The notes under the pieces are model-generated. The model made no database searches. It was given only the letters and a program-made list of their open reading frames with translations, and was not told where the DNA came from. Positions 23,936-34,873 of a stretch of 64,000 bases of DNA are shown here, piece by piece. Position 1 is the first letter of the stretch. The number at the start of each line of letters is the position of its first letter. This DNA is from Mizuhopecten yessoensis (lineage: Eukaryota), in the NCBI RefSeq assembly GCF_002113885.1, contig NW_018407738.1, forward strand, positions 85,563-149,562, read 5' to 3'. The position numbers and the translations under genes were made by a program.

Positions 23936-26900
23936 ATGGCTTTCTCAGGGAGTATGGTGTCAGCTTTAGCTGAGATACTGAAACCTCCTGAAACTGCAGA
24001 TTCAGACATTGATCTGGATGATGAAATGGTGTGTATTATGCCATATTTATACCTTTTACTCTATTAAAGTCACAGAGATCAGTCTGCAGATGATATCCTC
24101 TGATAATACATGTATCACATTATTTTGCACATTTTTTAAGACAACTTTGTATGATGGAACAGTAACAGCCTTGATTGATCTATATACTGAACTAAGATTA
24201 TTTGTACAGGTGTGTGAAAATGTTCTGCTATCTGAAGGTGTTGGATTTGTTTTATTGTATTCTCCTGTTTGTAGAGGGGATTTTTATTTTTCTTGAAATT
24301 CATCATAATGATGTCATTTATAATTCAACTTTAAAACACTGATGAAATGTTGCGGCATAATTATAATAAAGATTGTCAGTTCAAAACACATGCAAGTACT
24401 TTGTTTATTGTGAATATTGTTGAACATTATTGTAACATTGTTAATATTTGATTGTATCTATATGCCACACAGATCATATTATAATGTTGTGATTTTCTCC
24501 TCTTCTATCAATCTAGAAACTTCTTACACTAACTCAATACTCTCAATTTCCAGCCTAAAACACAGTTTGCTAAGATGGGTCCAGGAGAAATTGGACCAAC
24601 AAAGAAGGAAGGCAGTAGTGATGAGCCAAAACAGGGTCAGTATTCTCCCTTGGTGAGACCAAGTAAAGTGATATCTCTACTTAGTTACAGGTATATATAT
24701 TCTTTGATAAAAAATGCCATGTTTGTAGGTAAACTAAATCGTATATATTATATATTACACAGACAAAAGGCACACATTTTTCTAAGAGACTTTTGTCTAC
24801 TTTTAACACCACACCGCAGCCGATTCCTTGAACAATGTTGGTGTTAGTTACACCACTGTCATCTCTCAAATCTCTGATGTATTCACATACTGTTTTGTCT
24901 AATTCACTGTCCAGCATTGTATTCACTAAGTCCCAGAGTATTTTCGTAAAATCTCTCCCTGCCTTTACAGGTCCATTGAAGATTGCGTACTTTGCAATCT
25001 TTACCTTCTGTTTCATGGTATATTGCACATAGACTCCCCTCTTTCTTTCTCTACAATTTCATTTAACTATCTGTGTCTTTTCTGGTGTGGCTGCTTGTTT
25101 TGGATCTGGCAATCCCACATGCTTTGTCAGCATTTTTGTTAGGTATTTTAGGATTGACATGCTTCCTCTACTGACAAAATTCCAATGTTTTCTAGTGCAC
25201 ACAAAAAATAAGACATACACATGAATACATTTCACCTTTCTTTTCATCTGTCAATTGACCAGTTGGTAATCAAACAGAACATGTACTCAGTAGCAACCCG
25301 TATTTTTACCAGTACACATTTTTGTAAAGTAAGGGAGATAACTCTGCAGAGGAAACGTCGGTCTACCACAACCTCATAAATTACCCCCGCACGTATAGTT
25401 TTGACCTTCAAATCGCGTAATTTTCACCCATCGTAAATAATCAAGTTTACAGTATATGTTTAAATCTTCTATTTTTTAATTTCATAAAATCATGTTAACA
25501 AAAATACCTAAACACACAAAAAAATTATGGAGTAGTCATGAGAGAAAATAGTTTGTAAGAAAAAAAGTACAAACTGTTTTAAAATATTGTTATTATATAT
25601 CATTTTTTTTTTAACACAAATGTTAATTGTGAAAATATACAGATGATATTGTTCCTTTGCAGATACTAAGAAGCAGACTAAGGACATCTGGACTGAAGAC
25701 GAGGTTGGGGAAGGGGCGGAATACGAATCATTATACGACCCTCGACCACAACCAGAGTAGGTACTCCAGATCTGGTCTGTGGTAGTACTCGGTTAGCATT
25801 GATACCCTCCTGTATATCACATTCAGGTGATCCTGGCTAACATTACCGTACCAGGTGTATAATGTTACATCCTGGAAGTAGCCCCAGTGATGTGAAATTA
25901 CATTGCCTGCAGTCTGTTCCTTATATTCATTGGATGATATGCAGAAGATTGATCATTCTAATTTTATTCAAGTAGCAGAATCAGGGTACTGATAATCAGT
26001 TCTGCCTACAAATTTCACATATTTGTGTAATTAGTACCATTTTGAATTCTAAATCTTTGATCTGAAATCCTTTACAAACGATTTGTTTACATTGTAGATA
26101 CGACATCCTGTACAAGTGATTTGTTTACATTTTAGATACGACGTCCTGTACAAGTGATTTGTTTACATTGTAGATACGACATCCTGTACAAGTGATTTGT
26201 TTACATTTTAGATTGACATCCTGTACAAGTGATTTGTTTACTTTGTAGATATGACATCCTGTACAAGGGATTTGTTTACATTGTAGATACGACATCCTGT
26301 ACAAGTGATTTGTTTACATTGTAGATATGACATCCTGTACAAGTGATTTGTTTACATTGTAGATATGACATCCTGTACAAGTGATATGTTTACATTGTAG
26401 ATACAGCATCCTGTACAAGTGATTTGTTTACATTGTAGATACGACATCCTGTACAAGTGATTTGTTTACATTGTAGATATGACATCCTGTACAAGGGATT
26501 TGTTTACATTGTAGATATGACATCCTGTACAAGCAGGCAGTGACATCTGAGGATATGTTCCTACAAATGGGAAATAAGAACCCGGCTACATCTAGCTGTG
26601 AGGACATGGTGGTAAGTCAACTGACCAGTGACCACTATATTTCATAATATTGCAATTCATCCTCGACACTCCAGGCGTAACGTTATGCTCACTTTCGCTC
26701 TCTGCATGCAGATGTCACAACAAAATAAAAAAGTAACTGTGCCCCACCTTGTAGATAAGAAAAGAAGAACAGTTAAAATAATCTCTTGGTCGCGTAACAG
26801 TAAAATTGCCAGGCTTTGAAGTCCGATGTCACTTCTCTGTAATCTTCAAAGGACAGGTACCAACCTGGCGATTGGTCAGCTTTTTATACGCCCGTCAAAT

Positions 26901-28518
26901 TTGATGGGAGTATTATGGGATGGGTTTGTCTGGCCGGCGGCGTAAACTTTTGTTTGTCCGGCAATGTCCTCCTACATTTTTCAACCGATCTCTTTGAAAC
27001 TTGGTATACATTATGATCATGATATGAAGTTGTGTCTCCCTTAAAGAATTTTGATTCGACAATTTTTCTAAAAGTTATTGCCCTTTGTTCATTTCAGTAT
27101 TTGATTAGTAGGCTAAATAATCATGATATGTTGTTGTGTTTCTTTAAAAAGAATTTTGATTCAACAATTTTTGCAAAAGTTATTGCCCTTTGTTCATTTC
27201 AGTATTTGATTTTTTGTCCGGCAATCTACTCCTCCATTTTTTGACGGATTTCTTTGAAACTTAGTAGACGAAATAATCATGATATTTTGTTGTGTTTCCA
27301 TGAAATGAATTTTGATTGACAATTCGACGTTATTGCCCTTTGTTCATTTCAGTATTTGATTTTTTGTCCGGAGATTTTCTCCTACATTTTTTTTATAGCA
27401 TGTCAGCTAACCACTCTTAGAATGATGCAGATCTTATTTCAATGTTAGAAAGTATATAACACTATCTGGCATTCGACGGGCGTATGTTGTTCTGCCCCGC
27501 AGTACTCTTGTTTTTACCTGAAACCAATCAAATAGCTAACTCCTGGCCTTCAATTTTGCTATGACGCAGAGAGTGAAAGTGAGTGTAACCCCTTGATTAT
27601 CGAGGCTGCTTTAAATTATGTTCTATTTGTTAGTGTAAAAATAAGTACCAGACATTAGGTTTGTGTAATGTTATATTTTATGAAAGTTCGATATTTTTTT
27701 CTGTATTTTGTTTTTACACATACAATTGTAAATCATTTGAATTCTCTCCATAACTTGTTAAAAATGTTTTTCCCTCCAGGTAAAGATCAAGTTACCCGAC
27801 ACAAAGATATCTGACATGACACTGGATGTAAAATCAAAGTTCCTGGACTGTAGAACCCCTAAACTGTAAGTTTCTAGATATATGTGGCCAATATATATAT
27901 ACATACATGTACTGGGTATGTTTATGTTTGTAGCATTAGACAGTTACTTTTAAGGACGCATTCATGTACAAAAATGTTTCATTAGATGACACAATTCTTT
28001 TCTTAGTTCCTCATCGGTTATATTTAGATCATAACCACATGGAGGTCAGTGACAAGTGATATTAACTCAGTGTTACTATTTTTAGAAACAACAGGTCAAT
28101 ATTATTTTGATAACATATTTTAATTATAGTGTCACGACGAACGCTGCTAAAATGCAGTATTTTTCTTTTCAAGGTTTTCTTACATTTCATCTTGTTTAAG
28201 GATAAAAAATATCATCATTTTGTATCTATAGCACATGTATAGACACATGTCCATACAATCACTTTCACAAAAGTCTGTAATTGAAAATAATGTATTATCT
28301 GGTTTGTTGAAATTGAAACATGTAGATGTCTTATCAATAAAATATTTTGAATATGAAAAAAGTACTTGTACATCATTGTTCCTGTTGACAGGAAGCTGGG
28401 ACTCCATCTGCCCCACCCAGTGGACCACGAGTCGGGCAATGCAAAGTGGGACGGAGATAAGGGTGAACTGTCGATCACGCTCAGAATGAAGAGGGACCTG
28501 GACTTCATGAACTTTTGA
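23936..28518 (+). CDS. DNAAF6: PIH1 domain-containing protein 3 / dynein axonemal assembly factor 6 (192 aa, 6 coding exons)
   Basis: Exons 23936-24028, 24554-24635 (KMGPGEIGP), 25663-25756 (DIWTEDEV..DPRPQPE), 26515-26611 (YDILYKQAVTSEDMFLQMGNKNPATSSCEDMV), 27780-27865 (VKIKLPDT..FLDCRTPK), 28392-28518 (KLGLHLPHPVD..AKWD..LRMKRDLDFMNF*). GT-AG throughout, 579 nt in frame. Confidence 0.93.
24760..25453 (-). mobile_element. Decayed pogo/Tigger-like transposon (N-terminal DNA-binding region) in DNAAF6 intron
   Basis: ORF remnants MSILKYL.., YTMKQKVKIAKYAIFNGPVKAGRDF and ELDKTVCEYIRDLRDDSGVTNTNIV resemble pogo HTH/CENP-B domains. Terminus TA|CTGTAAAC on - strand at ~25453. Confidence 0.65.
26080..26533 (+). 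repeat. 38-bp tandem array (12 copies) made of the DNAAF6 intron-3 acceptor plus the first bases of exon 4
   Basis: Unit GATTTGTTTACATTGTAG|ATAYGACATCCTGTACAAGT. Only the last copy continues into the coding exon (AAGCAGGCAG). Confidence 0.95.
26659..27605. mobile_element. ~350-bp MITE family copy interrupted by a HINE insertion
   Basis: TIRs CCTCGACACTC..CTCACTTTCGCTCTCTGC / GCAGAGAGTGAAAGTGAGTGTAACC..ATCGAGG. The interior matches the reverse complement of 46353-46701. Confidence 0.7.
26881..27510 (+). mobile_element. Helentron-associated non-autonomous element (HINE/DINE-1/pearl-like)
   Basis: TTTTTATACGCCCGTC ... GACGGGCGTAT subterminal inverted repeats, internal repeated blocks (TTATTGCCCTTTGTTCATTTCAGTATTTGATT x3), and a 3' CTCTTG end in a T-run. 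Confidence 0.8.
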
Positions 28519-29534
28519 TCCTTGTCTAGAGGATACAGTTTATAAAACCATCACTTTCAATGCGTTTACCAGAGGATGCACAGGATGACATGTATCCAAT
28601 TTGTTTGTGAAATAGAAAATTTTACATCTTAGATGTGAATTTGACACCTGTGAAAGATTTACATCAAATATGTATAATAAGTGCATCAGAATCCTTTGAC
28701 CCAGACAGTTTTCTACTGGTGAGGTTGCTATTTTCTTCCTTCTCCAGTATTCAGGATTTTTTACCACCAATTACAATGTACTGGAGATTTTATATCCTTG
28801 ACAGTTCTAACAGGAGCTCACATGTTGATTCGTCACATACATGTGTATATCAGAACAAAGTTTTCACCAAACAAGGGTGTACCATGTACACCCAAGGACA
28901 CGTAAAATCATCTATCTCATTCAGTACTTTACATTGTGTTCACATTCAAACTTGATTTTTTAATCTGTCACTTAAAAATGTGTTGATTTTATTTATTGAG
29001 AGACTCTCTACCAAGTATCAGTAGTACTAGTGTTTCTATGTATGAAGCTATCCGTCCATATCAAAAATATTTGTCTTGTAGATTTTTTTTCTCAGGAAAC
29101 CATCTTATATTGAATTGAATGCTGAAGACATTTGTATAACAAATGAAAAAAATTGGTGAATTTATTTTTGATAAGTATGAAATGTTTTTAAAATAATTGT
29201 CATTCCCTGATGGATTATACATGTACCCGTCCACATTCCAAAACTTGTGTTAAGTTATTGTACAATGTTGTGTTGTTATATATTAAATATTGACAAAGTC
29301 ACATGTGATGTTTTGTGTTCTGGCTTACTGATTCAGAGGAAATTCATGTGCAGATTGCAGTGAAACTTTGTTATTTTGGGAACTTCATATTTCAGTTACA
29401 TGTAACCCATTTATCTTAGATACCCTCTTGTTCGCAGATACTGTGATTACCTCACATACCCTGTTGCTCTTTTTTTATCTTAATATCCAGTTTGGCAGTA
29501 TATGTATACCCAGTTACCTCTAATACAATATGCA

Positions 29535-30540
29535 TGACTCACAGTAGTGATAATCTAGTCCCACTTGAGTCCTGACTCACAGTAGGGACCATCCTGCCCA
29601 TCTAGAGTCCTGACTCACAGTAGGGACCATCTTGTCCCACTAGAGTCCTAACTCACAGTAGGGACCATCTTGTCCCACTAGAGTCCTGACTCACAATAGG
29701 GACCATCTAGTCCCACTAGAGTACTTGCCCACAGTAATGACCATCCTGTCCCACTAGAGTCCTGACTCACAGTAGTGACCATCCTGTCCCACTAGAGTCC
29801 TGACTCACAATAGGGACCATCTAGTCCCACTTGAGTCCTGACTCACAGTAGGGACCATCCTGTCCCACTAGAGTCCTGACTCACAGAAGTGACCATCCTG
29901 TCCCGCTAGAGTCCTAACTCTACAGTAGGTACCATCTTGTCCCGCTAGAGTCCTAAATCACAGTAAGGACCATCCTGCCCATTTAGAGTCCAAACTCACA
30001 GTAGGGACCATCCTGCCCATCTAGAGTCCTAACTCACAGTAGGGACCGTCCTGCCCATCTAGAATCCTAAATCACAGTAGGGACAATCCTGCCCATCTAG
30101 ACTCCTGACTCACAGTACGGACCATCCTGCCCATTTAGAGACCAAACTCCCAGTAGGGACCATCCTGTCCCGCTAGAGTCCTAAATCACAGTAGGGACCA
30201 TCCTGTCCCACTAGAGTCCTGACTCCCAATAGGGACCATCTAGTCCCACTTGAGTCCTGACTCACAGTTGGGACAATCCTGTCCCACTAGAATCCTGACT
30301 CACAGTAGGGACCATCTTGTTCCACTTGAGTCTTAACTCACAGTAGTGACCAACTTGTCCAACTAGAGTCCTGACTCACAGTAGGGACCATCCTGCCCAT
30401 CTAGAGTCCTAACTCACAGTAGGGGCCAACCTGCCCATCTAGAGTCCTAACTCACAGTAGGGATCATTCTGCCCATCTAGATCTAGAGTTCTAACTCACA
30501 GTAGGGACCATCTTGTCCAACTAGAGTCTTGACTCACACT
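29535..30540. repeat. 38-bp satellite (~26 copies) with a hairpin-forming monomer
   Basis: Unit GACTCACAGTAGGGACCATCCTGTCCCACTAGAGTCCT. Period 38 (29536 to 29574). Confidence 0.95.
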
Positions 30541-32499
30541 AAATCAGAGTTCTAACTCGGTTAAAGGGGCCATACACTGGCCAAGCCCCGATTCTGAAAC
30601 AACATGGTCGGAATTTTTCTTAAGCAAATGTTGAGTGTACTACCACTAAAGGAACAAGGGTTAAGCGTTGCAACATACTACCCAAAAGCCAAGGTCTCTG
30701 TGGACCATTTCACAAGAGATGTATGTATAGGGTGTTATGTTGTCAGTACCACGTACGTGTACATATATCGACTTCATTTAAATATGAGAACTGAGGATTT
30801 TTCCTTCGTATTCTAAATCTGAGATAATCTGTATGTGTATATTGGTAGAAGGTATAACGCTGATGAGAAAAATTTGACAAACAATAATTAACACAGACCG
30901 ATTGTCGGGGAGTCTAATATTTTTCCAACATTTTCGGATCCGAGATTGTTTATGCTGCCATAATGCACAAAGAGAAGTTACCTATTATGTTTCTACCAAC
31001 CAACTTATGAACTTAACTCAATTAATTTCATCGCATACAACGTATATAGGAACATGTACATGTACGTATAATTGAGACTGCATAGGAAAACTGTCATTTG
31101 GGGAATTACAGTCGATGTGACCTACATCTGTTCATGCACGCACGTTTCCTTATTAGTCAATGCTAATTCGTCTGATGAAAGTGTAAAAAGACATACTAAT
31201 TCAAATTATCAATACACGGTGAGAATTTGGATGAGGTTCCGATGTTTATTGGGCAAAAAACAGAACATGCACGCTCAAAGCCTATTGTCCACTATTAAGA
31301 TATGGGTTTTAAGCAATGAAAGGGACTATTTTCAGCCTTCTTAAATCTACTATACATAGGAGCCTTCCCCCTCATAACTTCCGTTTCAGTAATGCTGCAA
31401 GATTTATGCTGCTGTATTAACTTTTTTCAATCCCTTATACATCCGATGTTATTACTTTGAATCACTCTACTAATTATTTAGATGGTTAATTAACCTAATT
31501 ACAGCATGGGGGTCGAAAAATGGAACATCGGCATGAAATGTTTTTTTCTGAAAAAACAATTTTGCATCATGCTTGGGTACACACATTATCTTTCATGTGA
31601 TGCTAAAATAATATATTTATCATCCAGAATGTGAGGATAATCGAACATTTTGTGAAAATTTTAATGCACAATACAGAATTTTTTATTCTGATTATTCTTG
31701 TATACAAACAATTTTCATAGTATGAAGAATTGGTGTTATTATTTCAAATATGTATGCAAAAATTCGGTCGAAAAAACCTGGTAGAAATTATTTATTTCGC
31801 ACAACAAAATATCCTGTGTAGCCAAAAAGGTGAGGGCCTAAGACATCTCCCTGGCGTCCATCAAAAAGCAATGCACCTGATTACAGGTAATTGGTAATGA
31901 AATTCGTTGCAAGCCTACAATAAACCTTTCAATGCATGTTAGGTCACAAAAAAATCCAAACTCAGATTTGTTTCATCACTTGGTGTGATTGACAACAATC
32001 AATTTTGAGATCAATATCCTTGTCGTTATTTAGAATTTGTTCTTGTTCATTTTGTTACCATTTTTTATATATTTTATCATCAGTTTTGTTTTTACATTGC
32101 TTTTATGGAATATTTCACACTTATTTGTTAATATCCATCTTATAATGAAGAGTAGACGTATTGGTGAAAGTTGTCATCTTATCTTCGAGAATTCTCGTAA
32201 ATGTAAAGGTACAAGAAATGTAAAAAAACAGATATACTAACTAAAAGTGGTATAGATTGCTCAAATGAAGATGTTAATATTTGTCCAAAGTGCTACCTAA
32301 GGTATCTGCGCAAAAGAGAATATAAAACAGAACTTTTCGAAGATTACTTCTAGTAATTTTTCTCTCTTAACAATCAAAGACCTGTTTTACGTGTCTTTTT
32401 CACATAAAAAATGTTGTCTTTGTTTTAACATTTTTAATTTAAAGGGGAAAAATTCCACAATTCTGCCAAAACGTGCCAGGCATCAATTAATTTTCACAA

Positions 32500-33900
32500 A
32501 CAAATTGTGGTGTTCTGCGTCATCACGTGTATGCTAATTTCATCTTATTGGCAATGATCTGAACCCGTGTACACAGGATATCTTCAAGGAAGAGAGTCTT
32601 TGGATTCTCAATTATTAAGTAGGTTGTCTGAAAGAACCAATCAGCCGTCACTCTCAATTCCTCTCTCTTGGATGACCCCTGGCGGCTGCAAAGCTTGGAC
32701 AGGTTGGTCCAAAGAACAGTTTCTGAAAATCCATTCGTACATGGTCCCATTTGTGTCTTCTTCAGTATTTACCAAAATTACACAAAATACTCTTTTACTG
32801 TTTTGGGTTAAAGATGAAAACTGATATCTCTTGGAATCTGTGTTCCGCTCTTTTTGGCATTTCTCTGTCTTTTATTTCAAAAATCTTTCATTCTGTAGTA
32901 CAAGCATGTAATAAATCTATAGTTCCAGTGTTCCTTGGACCTGACCATTTGAGTTGGGAACATACTTCCACACAATATTGTATTCTCAGAAAGACTCTTT
33001 GGAGACAGCGTGATTGCCATACTAGATGGTACATATACTAATATTCAAAAATGTGCCTACCATAAGCTTTAGATAATTTCTTACTGTGGCCAGGGGGAGA
33101 GTAATTACCGTTTACGCATGAGCAAATATCTACCTGATTGGTACATGTTGGACACAGTACATGTAGGACCATTCTGTGGAAGCCAAAATGATGCAAGCAT
33201 TACCAGAAAACATCATAGACAAGCTCACATGGTTGGAGCAAGACGACAATGTAGTCGTTGATCGTGGTTGTAGATGTTAGAGGCATCTGGTATAAATACC
33301 AGTATGTCCTCATAACTTAAGCCTGGTCAGAGCCTATACTCTGATCTACAGGCTAACATTGACAGGACACTTACTATATCGCGATGGATTGTAGAGTCTT
33401 ATCATGGCTGTCTTCAAGCATTGGATATTTTTAGAACTCGACATATATCAAATTGCTTCATTAATATAATTGAGGAAATAATAAAAAATGTGATTGCATA
33501 CCTCAATGGGATACTGGGACCAATTTATCAAAGATGACCGGAAACTGACAGAAAAGACAAAGAACTCGGAAAACAAATGAAGTTTCGACTTCTATAAAAC
33601 AAGCTGGTTGGCGCAGAGGGTGAAAACAGAACAAGCTCTCTCAAAGAGAGCAAAGTCAGAATTCGTAAAGATGGATGCATCTTCAATCACTTTTCCAGAG
33701 CTCAACTTGGAATATTTGATTTAACGTGCGGCACCTACCAGTTATCATTAGCTCCAGGCTATATCAGTTTTACAGATGGGTGTATCAGCACTCTCAAGAC
33801 CTCATCCGTTGTCAGATTTGTTTTAGACACCAGAGCTAGACTAAATATAATGTTTGGATTCAGAACAGCACGACACCAAATGATAATATTTGGATTGATA
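32500..33900 (+). pseudogene. Decayed DDE transposase (DDE_Tnp_4/ISL2EU/KolobokP-like)
   Basis: Broken-frame motifs: LLLFWVK, SALFGISLSFISKIF (HTH), AILDGTY (~33025), NDASI, DDNVVVDRG (~33260), SRWIVESYHG (~33382), DLTCGTYQLSLAPGYI (~33718). Possible TTAA-flanked ends at 30565 and 34438. Confidence 0.7.
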
Positions 33901-34873
33901 TTTTTGTCACGGGTATTTCATGACCTAGCCCATCTATAATCAAAACATTTTTGGTATATAAACGTTATAAGATACTTTTATTCTAAAATGAACACATTTA
34001 TTTGTCTGGAAAATATCATTACTTGAGACGGCTTCTGGCTGTGGTTTGTCTGCAAATATCTGATAACTAACTTTACATGTATACTCAACAGGTGTTTTCA
34101 GAGACGTGATCTCGACATTGCTAAGAGTATGTTTGCTAATACATCCTGACCTCTCCTGAAATAGGATGGTTTTCTACCTAATCTTATAGGCCAGTGAAAC
34201 ACACACATTGACAGGGTTTCGAATTCTTGGATGAACATTTATCAAAGCGACATTTCCGCTGAAATTTAATTGATAATACGTAAATTGTGTATTGTTGTAA
34301 GGAATCCAGGGAACGTAAACAACATAAATCGTCTAAATATGCAAATAGAAAATAACGTTATGCACGGGAGGCCACGAGAGATATCTTATTACATGAAGGG
34401 AAATTCAGAAATGCTTTAAGACAACACATGCTGGTCCCTTAAACTGGAGATTTAGATGTGAACTTATACTAACAGTGAATATTACCCGTTTTTAGCAACT
34501 GTTTCGGCCTCTATAAAACGTTCTACGCTTTCTGAACTCATTTCTTGTTATCAAACGCCTACTATTATAGAAGAACCAGTAGTACGTGTAAAACAACATG
34601 CAATACGTGTATGGATTCTATAACAAAATGTTTGAAACTACCATGAATCTAGGAGGAAATGATTTCGCTGACTTTCTAGTGGTTTATCATGATTTTAGAC
34701 TGGTTTTGTAATCAAAATTCGTGTCTGACCGACTCTCCCATATAGAGTGACACCTGGTTCTTTTCCCAGAGAATATGATATCTCGACCATAACAGCCGGC
34801 TGGCCCCTGTACTCCTTCCTTCGAGACAGCAAAGGAACCGAAACAGCCGTCCACCTTTCCAACTGACATCAAT

